Of a stretch of 43,867 nucleotides of DNA, positions 33,713-43,867 are shown piece by piece. Under the pieces are notes generated by a model. The model was given only the letters and a program-made list of their open reading frames with translations. It searched no databases and had not been told where the DNA came from. The first letter of the stretch is position 1, and each line of letters opens with the position of its first letter. The position numbers and the translations under genes were made by a program. Source of the DNA: Leucoraja ocellata (Eukaryota). The DNA lies in the NCBI GenBank assembly GCA_036785375.1, contig JAWMAR010001196.1, positions 124,001-167,867 on the forward strand, given 5' to 3'.

Positions 33713-35015
33713 AATGATACTTAAAGGCTTGACGATAGATATGCAATGGCAAACATTTAAAGATCCTATGGATGAATTGCACCAATTGTTCACCCGTCAG
33801 GTGTAAAAATAAAACAGGGAAGGCGGCTCAACCGTGGCAAATAATGGAAATTAGGGAATATTAAATCCAGGCATATAAATTGGCCAGATAAAGCAACAAA
33901 CTGGGAGAAATTTAAATGTAATATTTAACAGAGGAGGACAAATGGATGAATTAAGTGGGGGTGAATAGAGCATGAAAGGAAACTTGCGGGGGAAATATTA
34001 GTGAAGACAAATATAGGCCCCTTACAGTCAGAAACAGGTTAATTTATACTGGGAAACAAGAAATTGGCAGACCAGTTACACAAATACTTTGGTTCTGTCT
34101 TCACTAAGGAAGACACAAACAATCTTCCAGAAGTACAAGGGGACCGAGGATCTAGTGGGAGGGAGGAAGTGAAGGGAATCCACATGATTCAGGAAATGTT
34201 GTTAGGTAAACTGTTGGGACAGAAGACATGTAAATCCCCAGGGCCTGATGGTCTGCATCCGAAACAACACAAGGAGGTGGCCCTCGAAATCGCGCATGTA
34301 TTGGTAATCATTTTCCAATGTTCTATAGACATTTGGTTAGTTCCAGTGAACTGGAGGGTCCCTAATGTAACCCCACCTTTTAAGAAAGAGGGGAAAGAGA
34401 AAACAGGGAATTATAGACCAGTTAGCCTGACATTGGTAGTGGGTTGTACAGGGCTCTGGTGAGAACACACCTGAGCATCTGGTGCAATTTTGGTCTCCTA
34501 ATTTGCGGAAGGACATTCGTGTCAATGAATGAGCACAGCGTAGGTTCACAGGGTTAATTCCCGGGATGTCTGGACAGACATATGATGAAAGAATGGATCG
34601 ACTGGGCTTAAATGAAGGGATTAAGATGGATGAGAGGAGATCTTATAGAAAGATATATAATTCTTAAGGGTTTGGACAGGCTGGATGCAGGAAAAATGTT
34701 CCTGATATTGGGGGTTCAGACCTATGGGTCACGGTTTAAGAATAAGGATTAGGCCATTTAGTACTGAGATGAGGAAAACCTTTTTTTTAGCAAGAGAGTT
34801 GTGAATTTGTGGAATTCTCTGCCTCAGAAGGCAGTGGAGGCCAATTCACTGGATGTTTTCAAGAGAGAGCTAGATATAGTGCTTGGGGCTAATGGAATCA
34901 AGGGATATGGGGAGAAAGCAAGAACGGGGTAATGATTTTGGACGATCACATTGAATGACGGTTTGTGCTCGATAGGCCAAACGACCTCCGCCTGCACCTA
35001 TTTTCTATGTTTTTA
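33713..35015 (+). mobile_element. Old CR1 LINE with a large internal RT deletion
   Basis: YFGSVFTKED, KSPGPDGLHP, NYRPVSLT, then a jump near 34440 to the YRALVR-like region; 3'UTR. Confidence 0.85.
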
Positions 35016-35021
35016 TATTTA

Positions 35022-35430
35022 ACTAATATGTTCTAAGTAACCTGCGAACCCTGGTATACCTGCTTTCTGCACTGTGGGATCAATTAACCTGTTCCTTTCT
35101 ATATAACTTGCTAGCCTCTGTGCCACTATGCTAAAGAAAATCTTGCCATCTACATTTAGGAGACAAACTGATTTAACTCTGGAGACTGTTTCTTCTAGGG
35201 AATGAACATTCCCCCCTGCTCTATGCCAAACCCTTGGTATGACCTGCTTCTACCAAACTATTGGACAGAGCCTCTGTGAGAATCTAAGCACATCAGGTGC
35301 ACTTTTATGTACCCGGTAAGGGACTCCATTTGGTCCCGGTGCAGAAGAAGCCTTTCCACCCCATATTACTGCTTCCACTTCCTTCCACTTTTGTGGCAAA
35401 ACATCTAACTCTAACATCTGTCTCCTAAGG
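35022..35430 (-). mobile_element. HERO/R2-group non-LTR retrotransposon RT fragment, degraded
   Basis: Manual translation: KWKEVEAVI..KASSAPGPNGVPYRVHK..W*KQVIPRVW..FIP..LNVDGKIFFSIVAQRLASYIERNRLIDPTVQKAGIPGFAGYLEH. Confidence 0.8.
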
Positions 35431-35477
35431 TGGTAACTCTGGAGGGAGACACGGGCCCGATACTGGGGCCCATGACG

Positions 35478-36956
35478 ACTGAGGATTGGCGGGTAGCAAA
35501 CGTAACCCCACTTTTTAAGAAGGGAGGGAGAGAGAAAACGGGAAATTACAGACCAGTTAGTCTAACATCGGTAGTGGGGAAACTGCTAGAGTCAGTTATT
35601 AAAGATGGGATAGCAGCACATTTGGAAAGTGGTGAAATCATTGGACAAAGTCAGCATGGATTTACGAAAGGTAAATCATGTCTGACGAATCTTATAGATT
35701 TTTTCGAGGATGTAACTAGTAGCGTGGATAGGGGAGAACCAGTGGATGTGGTGTATCTGGACTTCCAGAACGCTTTGAACAAGGTCCCACATAAGAGATT
35801 AGTATGCAAACTTAAAGTACACGGCATTGGGGGTTCAGTATTGATGTGGATAGAGAACTGGCTGGCAAACAGGAAGCAAAAAGTAGGAGTAAACGGGTCC
35901 TTTTCACAATGGCAGGCAGTGACTAGTGGGGTACCGCAAGGCTCAGTGCGGGGACCCCAGCTATTTACAATATATATTAATGATCTGGATGAGGGAATTG
36001 AAGGCAATATCTCCAAGTTTGCGGATGACACTAAGCTGGGGGGCAGTGTTAGCTGTGAGGAGGATGCTAGGAGACTGCAAGGTGACTTGGATAGGCTGGG
36101 TGAGTGGGCAAATGTTTGGCAGATGCAGTATAATGTGGATAAATGTGAGGTTATCCATTTTGGTGGCAAAAACAGGAAAGCAGACTATTATCTAAATGGT
36201 GGCCGACTAGGAAAAGGGGAGATGCAGCGAGACCTGGGTGTCATGGTACACCAGTCATTGAAAGTAGGCATGCAGGTGCAGCAGGCAGTGAAGAAAGCGA
36301 ATGGTATGTTAGCTTTCATAGCAAAATGATTTGAGTATAGGAGCAGAGAGGTTCTACTGCAGTTGTACAGGATCTTGGCGAGACCACACCTGGAGTATTG
36401 CGTACAGTTTTGGTCTCCAAATCTGAGGAAGGACATTATTGCCATAGAGGGAGTGCAGAGAAGGTTCACCAGACTGATTCCTGGGATGTCAGGACTGTCT
36501 TATGAAGAAAGACTGGATAGACTTGGTTTATACTCTCTAGAATTTAGGAGATTGAGAGGGGATCTTATAGAAACTTACAAAATTCTTAAGGGGTTGGACA
36601 GGCTAGATGCAGGAAGATTGCTCCCGATGTTGGGGAAATCCAGGACAAGGGGCCACAGCTTAAGGATTAGGGGGAAATCCTTTAAAACCGAGATGAGAAG
36701 AACTTTTTTCACACAGAGAGTGGTGAGTCTCTGGAACTCTCTGCCGCGGAGGGTAGTCAAGGCCAGTTCATTGGCTATATTTAAGAGGGAGTTAGATGTG
36801 GCCCTTGTGGCTAAAGGGGATCAGTGGGTATGGAGAGAAGGCAGGTACAGGATACTGAGTTGGATGATCAGCCATGATCATATTGAATGGCGGTGCAGGC
36901 TCGAAGGGCCGAATGGCCTACTCCTGCACCTAATTTCTATGTTTCTATGTTTCTAT
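35478..36956 (+). mobile_element. CR1 LINE, 5'-truncated (TTTCTATG tail subfamily)
   Basis: EDWRVANVTPLFKKG..SQHGF..SGVPQGS..FADD..; one in-frame stop at 36327-36329; tail tttctatgtttctatg. Confidence 0.93.
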
Positions 36957-37778
36957 GACAGGCCCACTCAGTATTCAAACAACGTAAGGTCCGAAAACAC
37001 AAGGCCCATTCAGTGTTGGTGTTGCATGATGCCACAGAAAGTAGGCCCAATCTCTATTCAATGTACTCTGGGCCCAATCACTTTAGTCGCGGTTACCCTG
37101 ATAGTGCGCTGAATGGGCCAAATGCAATCAGCCGAGAGTAGTCCAGGATACCCAACTAGTGGGATGAGTGGCTTTGTGGCTCCATGTGGCCTATTCTTAT
37201 TTTGGGGGCCGATACTAACTCACTCACCCGCCATCAAAGGCCCAATCAATGTCTAAGTGAAAGCGCACCCAAGATGGGTACCAGGCAAATCGATCTGAAC
37301 TAATTTACAATCCTTTGGTGTCATGCGATCCCAGCTAATTCCAGAAATGGTGGAACACGAGGTAAAACGAGAGCACATTTAGAGCAAGGTGCTGGTTCCT
37401 TCGATAAACAAATATAGCAAACTAGGTTAGGCTTTTGTAGTTCCGCTTTTATTTGTGATTTAACAGAAACATATTACAGATGTTTTTAAAAGCATAACAC
37501 GAAGTGGTCAAAACAACTGAATTCCACACTGAGACCAGGTACATTGAACATGTAGCTTGAGAGTCAAAGGTTAGCTCTGAATTAAGGACAATTGGGCAAA
37601 AAAGGAGTAAATAGATATTTGCTCATATGCGGAATGTGTGCATGCGTTGTTGGGTATGTATTTACACATGCATTGACATTACATTTATTTACAGGCCTTC
37701 GGTTAGGCCGCACTTGCAGTATAGTGTGGAGGTCCAGGTCGTCCCTTCGAGGGAATAATGTGGAGGCTTTGGCGAAGA

Positions 37779-38011
37779 ACTTAATTCGGGCGCGGGGCTT
37801 TATTTCACAGAGGCCCAGGACCGTTGGAGAGCAGTGGAGGAAGGTCAGGGCGGTGAGTACTTAAATCGGGCGTGGGGCTTTATTTCACAGAGGCCCGGGA
37901 CCGTTGGAGAGCAGTGGAGGAGGGTCAGGGCAGTGAGTATATAAATCGGGCGCGGGGCTTGTTTTCACAGAGGCCCGGGACCGTTGGTGAGCAGTAGAGG
38001 AGGGTCAGGGC
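37779..38011 (+). repeat. 80-bp tandem monomers (~2.9 copies) at the CR1 5' end
   Basis: Units start at 37779, 37859 and 37939. Confidence 0.92.
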
Positions 38012-38160
38012 TTTTACCAAAATCCGTAACGTTCCACACTCCATAGGGAGGGTTCTGGTGGAAGCCGCTGATTGGTGGAAGCAGACTAGAGGAAGCAGCT
38101 GATTGGGTGCAACCTCAGGTTAGCATTTATGCTTTCTGGTTAAAGGTGCAGTGCTTTAGT

Positions 38161-38428
38161 AAAGGTACAGTGGGCCAAGGGTACAGTGGGTTAAAGGTAC
38201 AGTGGGCTAAAGGTACAGTGGGTTAAAGGTACAGTGGGCTAAGGGTACAGTGGGCTAAGGGTACAGTGGGTTAAAGGTACAGTGGGCTAAGGGTACAGTG
38301 GGTTAAAGGTACAGTGGTCTAAGAGTACAGTGGGCTAAAGGTACAGTGAGCTAAGGGTACAGTGAGCTAAAGGTACAGTCGGCTAAAGGTACAGTGGGCT
38401 AAGGGTACAGTGGGCTAAGGGTACAGTG
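38161..38428 (+). repeat. 16-bp tandem repeat (~17 copies) in the CR1 5'UTR
   Basis: Unit GGTACAGTGGG(C/T)TAA(A/G). Confidence 0.95.
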
Positions 38429-38561
38429 CTTTTTGTTTATATAATAAAGGTGCAGTTTAAAGGTCAAGAGGGAGCAGCTGTTGTGAGTCAGATACCTGCT
38501 GATTTCTCCCAGGAGTTTCTATTGTATTATACTTGTATCGGATCCAGGGTAAGGCGGGAGA

Positions 38562-39494
38562 ATGACAGTCAGAGCAGTATACTGTTCTGGATGTCAGATG
38601 TGGGAGGTCATGGTGTCGGATGGCCCTCCAAACATCCACATCTGCACCAGGTGCAGCGAGATGGGGCACCTAAGGGACCGTATTAGGATCCTGGAGCAGC
38701 AGCTCGATGACCTCTGTCTGATCAGGGAGAGTGAGGAGGTCATAGGGGGGAGTTATAGGGAGGTGGTCACTCCAAAACCACGGGAGAGAGACATGTGGGT
38801 CACGCTAAGGAAGGGCAAGGGGCAGAGACAGGGACGAGTGAGTACTCCAATGTCGGTACACCTCGCAAATAAGTACTCCTGTTTGAGTACGGATGGGGGT
38901 GACAGCCTACCTGGGGGTAGTGACAGTGGACGGGCCTCCAGCACAGAGACCGGCCCTGTTGCTCCAAAAGGTAGGGAAAAAAAGAGGGCAATAGTAATTG
39001 GGGACTCTATTGTTAGGGGGTCGGATAGGCGATTCTGTGGACGCAGTCGGGAGACCAGGATGGTGGTCTGCTTCCCTGGTGCCAAGGTCTCGGACGTGTC
39101 TCAACGCATCCAAGATATCCTTAAATTAGAGGGAGAGGAGCCTGAGGTCGTGGTACATATAGGTACCAATGACATAGGAAAAAAAAGGGAAGAGGTCCTG
39201 AAGGGAGGATTTAGGAAGTTGGGAGGAGAGTTAATGAAAAGGACCAAAAAGGTAACAATCTCAGGATTACTGCCTGTGCCACGCGACAGTGAGAGTAGGA
39301 ATGGGGCGAGGTGGAGGATAAATGCGTGGCTGAAAGACTGGTGCAGAGGGCAGGGATTCAAGTTCCTGGATCATTGGGACTTCTTTTGGGGAAGGTGGGA
39401 CCTGTACATAAAGGATGGGTTGCCCATGAACCCGAGGGGGACCAATATCCTGGCGGGGAAATTTGCAAAGGCTACTGGGGAGACTTTAAACTAG
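38562..39494 (+). CDS. CR1 ORF1p: zinc finger/leucine zipper plus SGNH esterase domain
   Basis: CSGCQMW..CTRC, LEQQLDDL coil; VIGDSIVRG, CFPGA, HIGTND, DGLPMN blocks. Confidence 0.9.
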   Translation: MTVRAVYCSGCQMWEVMVSDGPPNIHICTRCSEMGHLRDRIRILEQQLDDLCLIRESEEVIGGSYREVVTPKPRERDMWVTLRKGKGQRQGRVSTPMSVHLANKYSCLSTDGGDSLPGGSDSGRASSTETGPVAPKGREKKRAIVIGDSIVRGSDRRFCGRSRETRMVVCFPGAKVSDVSQRIQDILKLEGEEPEVVVHIGTNDIGKKREEVLKGGFRKLGGELMKRTKKVTISGLLPVPRDSESRNGARWRINAWLKDWCRGQGFKFLDHWDFFWGRWDLYIKDGLPMNPRGTNILAGKFAKATGETLN

Positions 39495-39619
39495 AATGGT
39501 TGGCGCGAGGGACTCAAATAGAGAAAGGTAGTAGACAGAATGGGAGGCAGGAAGCAGAAAAGGGAAGCACTCGCACACAAGAGAAGAAAGAAAAAAAAGG
39601 AAATAAACAGAGAATAAGA

Positions 39620-42290
39620 GACGGGGGGTTTCTTAAATGTGCATATTTTAATGCTAGGAGCATTGTAAGAAAGGTGGATGAGCTTAGAGTCTGGATTGAC
39701 ACCTGGAAGTATGATGTTGTGGCGATCAGTGAAACATGGTTGCAGGAGGGCTGTGATTGGAAACTAAATATTCCAGGATTTCGTTGCTTCAGGTGTACTA
39801 GGGGTGTATTATAGACCGCCAAATGGGGAACGAGAATTGGAAGAGCAAATATGTAAGGAGATAGCAGATATTAGTAGTAAGATCAAGGTAATGATTGTGG
39901 GAGATTTCAACTTTCCACACATAGACTGGGAAACACATTCTGTAAATGGGCTGGATGGTTTGGAGTTTGTAAAATGTGTGCAGGATAGTTTTTTGCAGCA
40001 ATACATAGAGGTACCTACTAGAGGAGGGGCAGTGCTGGACCTCCTGTTAGGAAATGAGATGGGTCAGGTAGCGGAGGTATGCGGCGGGGAGCACTTCGGG
40101 TCCAGTGATCACAATACCATTAGTTTCAATATAATTATGGAGAGGGTCAGAACTGGACCTAGGGTTGAGATTTTTGATTGGAGAAAGGCTAACTTTGATG
40201 AGATGCGAGATGATTTAAAAGGAGTGAACTGGGACATTTTGTTTTATGGGCAAGATGTAGAAGAGAAATGGAGGACATTTAAAGGGGAAATCTTAAGAGT
40301 ACAGAATCTTTATGTTCCTGTTCGGTTGAAAGAAAACAGTAAAAATTGGAAAGAGCCCTGGTTTTCAAGGGAAATTGGACATTTGTTCGGAAAAAGAGGG
40401 AGATCTACAATAATTATAGGCAGCATGAAGTAAACGAGGTGCTTGAGGAGTATAAGGAATGTAAAAAGAATCTTAAGAAAGAAATTAGAAAAGCTAAAAG
40501 AAGATATGAGGTTGCTTTGGCAAGTAAGGTGAAAGTAAATCCAAAGGGTTTCTACATCTATATTAATAGCAAAAGGATAACGAGGGATAAAATTGGTCCA
40601 TTGGAGAGACAGAGTGGACAGCTATCTGCAGAGCCAAAAGAGATGGGGGCGATATTGAACAATTTTTTTTCTTCGGTATTCACCAAGGAGAAGGATATTG
40701 AATTATGTGAGGTAAGAGAAACTAGTAGAGTAGCTATGGATACTATGAGGTTCAAAGTAAAAGAAGTACTGACACTTTTGAAAAATATAAAAGTGGATAA
40801 GTCTCCAGGTCCTGACAGGATATTCCCTAGGACATTGAGGGAAGTTAGTGTAGAAATACCCGGGGCTATGACAGAAATATTTCAATTGTCATTAGAAACG
40901 GGAATAGTCCCCGAGGATTGGCGTACTGCGCATGTTGTTCCTTTGTTTAAAAAGGGTTCTAAGAGTAAACCTAGCAATTATAGACCTGTTAGTTTGACTT
41001 CAGTGGTGGGCAAATTAATGGAAAAGATACTTAGAGATAATATATATAAGCATCTGGATAAACAGGGTCTGATTCGGAACAGTCAACATGGATTTGTGCC
41101 TGGAAGGTCATGTTTGACAAATCTTCTTGAATTTTTTGAAGAGGTTATTAGGGAAATTGACGAGGGTAAAGCAGTGGATGTTGTCTATATGGACTTTAGT
41201 AAGGCCTTTGACAAGGTTCCTCATGGAAGGTTGGTTAAGAAGGTTCAATTGTTGAGTATAAATGCAGGAATAGCAAGATGGATTCAACAGTGGCTGAATG
41301 GGAGAAGCCGGAGGGTAATGGTTGGTGGCTGTTTATCGGGTTGGAGGCAGGTGACTAGTGGGGTGCCTCAGGGATCTGTGTTGGGTCCTTTGTTGTTTGT
41401 CATGTACATCAATGATCTGGATGAAGATGTGGTAAATTGGATTAGTAAGTATGCAGATGATACCAAGATAGGGGGTGTTGTGGATAATGAAGAGGATTTC
41501 CAAAGTCTACAGAGTGATTTAGGCCATTTGGAAAAATGGACTGAACGATGGCAGATGGAGTTTAATGCTGATAAATGTGAGGTGCTACACCTTGGCAGGA
41601 CAATTCAAAATAGGACGTACATGGTAAATGGTAGGGAATTGAAGAATGCAGTTGAACAGAGGGATCTGGGTATAACTGTGCATAGTTCCTTGAAGGTGGA
41701 ATCTCATATAGATAGGGTGGTAAAGAAAGCTTTTGGTATGCTAACCTCTATAAATCAGAGCATTGAGTATAGAAGCTGGGATGTAATGTTAAAACTGTAC
41801 AAGGCATTGGTGAGACCAAATCTGGAGTATGGTGTACAATTTTGGTCGCCCAATTATAGGAAGGATGTCAACAAAATAGAGAGAGTACAGAGGAGATTTA
41901 CTAGAATGTTGCTTGGGTTTCAACAACTAAGTTACAGAGATAGGTTGAATAAGTTAGGTCTTTATTCTCTGGAGCGCAGAAGGTTAAGGGGGGACTTGAT
42001 AGAGGTCTTTAAAATGATGAGAGGGATAGACAGAGTTGATGTGGACAAGCTTTTCCCTTTGAGAATAGGGAAGATTCAAACAAGAGGACATGACTTCAGA
42101 ATTAAGGGACAGAAGTTTAGGGGAAACATGATGGGGAACTTCTTTACTCAGAGAGTGGTAGCGGTGTGGAATGAGCTTCCAGTGGAAGTGGTGGAGGCAG
42201 GTTTGTTGGTATAATTTAAAAATAAATTGGATAGGCATATGGATGAGAAGGGAATGGAGGGTTATGGTATGAGTGCAGGCAGGTGGGACT
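39620..42290 (+). pseudogene. CR1 ORF2p (APE + RT), disrupted
   Basis: YFNARSI..ISETWL, deletion near 39795, GVYYRPP..GDFN..SDH, frameshift near 40380, RT YADD, premature TAA at 42212-42214. Confidence 0.9.
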
Positions 42291-42895
42291 AAGGGGAAAA
42301 AAGTTGTTCGGCACGGACTTGTAGAGCCGAGATGGCCTGTTTCCGTGCTGTAATTGTTATATGGTTATATGTTATATTATATTAAGATGCAGAAGAGGTT
42401 TACTAGAATGCTGCAGGGGGTAGAATTATTAGCTAGAAGAGGTTGGCAAACATGGGTTGTTTTCTTTGACGCGTCGGAGGTTGAAGGTAGACCCGGAAGA
42501 AGTTTTTAGAATAATGACAGACATAGATAGTGTGTCTGAATTTAACATGAAGTTTACGATCTCACACAAACAGCGTTCCTGACTTTCTATACAACGGCAT
42601 TCAACACTGGAACGACACACATATGACCCATGCTAAAGAAAAAGAGAATGTATAGAAATAAAGATAAAAAGAAAAAAAGAAACGTCTACCAAGATCACAT
42701 GATATTCAAATTACGATTAAAATAGCTTGATACATTAACGCTATACTAAAGGCAACTAGGCAATATCAAATAAGTCAGATAGACAGAATGAAATATTGCT
42801 TATGATATTGTCGGCTTCTGATTTGAACATTTTCCTTGGTTACAACGACATCCATAGACCGGTCAGATAAATACGCGGTTTTCAACATTCAATCG

Positions 42896-42904
42896 TCACT
42901 TGAC
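42896..42904 (-). CDS. IGHM: Ig heavy chain TM2 exon coding part (VK-stop)
   Basis: ctccctctctttacag|GTC AAG TGA; completes the KVK cytoplasmic tail. Confidence 0.88.
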   Translation of the reverse strand, partial: VK

Positions 42905-43038
42905 CTGTAAAGAGAGGGAGAGAATATGTAAGTGTATTAACAGTCTGTGACTAAGATGCCAGGACATCCAAAGAGTAGGACAATCGATATGTTGCCGTAC
43001 TCTTCAAACAGGTGGAAAAGAAAGTGGAATGAACTCAC

Positions 43039-43166
43039 CTTCACCAGAGTTACGGCAGCACCGTATGAAATGCTCAGGAAGAACAGGATAATGAATGTGG
43101 AAGCGGTTGTCCAGATGTTGTCCCTGTCCTCCTCATAGTCCTCTAGAGGAACGTTGTCGGCGTAAT
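43039..43166 (-). CDS. IGHM: Ig heavy chain TM1 exon
   Basis: (D)YADNVPLEDYEEDRDNIWTTASTFIILFFLSISYGAAVTLVK: acidic spacer plus CART motif; acceptor tctgctttgcgtag, donor AAG|gtgagt; 128 nt, phase 1-0. Isotype (mu vs omega) less certain than exon identity. Confidence 0.9.
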
Positions 43167-43867
43167 CTACGCAAAGCAGAACGTGAAGACGTTCACAATA
43201 TATTCTAATATAGAACATTGTATTTTATTTATTATTTACCAAAATAATACGAATATTAATATTAGGGATATTAATTTCCTATGAGCTGTTTTTACGTTGA
43301 GGTGATCATCCATCCTCAACAATTGTATCCAAAATCATGGCCACATAGACACAGCTGCTAACAAACTACCGTTTATGAATAGTTTTGGAGAAACCAATGT
43401 GTATGTATATATCTGGGATCCATTATTTATTCTATAAACGTCCGCTTCTATTTAATATAATTTACTAACCGGGATGGTATAAAACTTGAAGCTGGTTATT
43501 GTTTACAATGTTATCAGATACCCCTTTATTTGGAGATGGTGACCGGAGCTCGGCGAAGGAACTCACTCAATGCAAACATTGGCTCCCAATAATTTGCCAT
43601 CATTTCCACATTAGAACCCTGTTGGCTGATGTATCCTGTTTCCGGTTAGGGGATGGAGGAAGGCTTGTGTACAAAATTAAAACTTTGAACCATTTGATAG
43701 GCATTATATTTCTAGTGTGAAATATATAACATGAATGATCTACGGTTACACTTAGTTTTTAGGAACGCGTTGAAAACTACCGGTTAAATGATCTGAATGG
43801 CCTTTCCGTTTGCCTGTAACTAGCTAGATGTGTATCATTAAGTCTAAGTTTGCCGAAATCCTAACAT

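Larger units (their letters stand above)
37779..42383 (+). mobile_element. Near full-length CR1 LINE (5'UTR repeats, ORF1, disrupted ORF2) inserted in an older CR1 remnant
   Basis: Older CR1 sequence ..GTGGAGGCTTTGGCGAAGA (to 37778) resumes at AAGATGCAGAAGAGGTTTACTAG (42384), possible AAGA TSD; GTTATATG tail. Confidence 0.92.

Overview
Eukaryotic, TE-dense (roughly 85-90% repeat by eye) genomic DNA from a cartilaginous fish, probably a skate/ray (inferred from the Ig sequence and repeat families). The only clear host-gene pieces are minus-strand immunoglobulin heavy-chain exons most like elasmobranch IgM: TM1 (43039-43166) and TM2 (42896-42904) at the right end, and a CH3-like exon (2720-3016) plus a CH4-like/secretory-tailpiece exon (527-918) at the left end. 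In transcriptional order this is TM1-TM2 -> ~40 kb of repeats -> CH3 -> CH4/sec. That reverses the canonical order, and I found no V, D, J, CH1 or CH2 in between. The intervening DNA holds a young Mag-like Gypsy element (identical 208-bp LTRs, 5-bp TSD, gag deletion), a near full-length CR1 LINE, many CR1/Rex/L1/Penelope/HERO/SINE fragments, two convergent truncated DIRS elements joined by a solo-LTR-like segment, a hAT MITE and several satellites. It also holds a 28S rRNA fragment fused to an unclassified 1.5-kb module (promoter-like motifs, 41-bp repeat array, tandem CTCF-like sites), and two paralogous 29-nt micro-exon-like segments. All calls were made by eye; boundaries of degenerate TEs are approximate.
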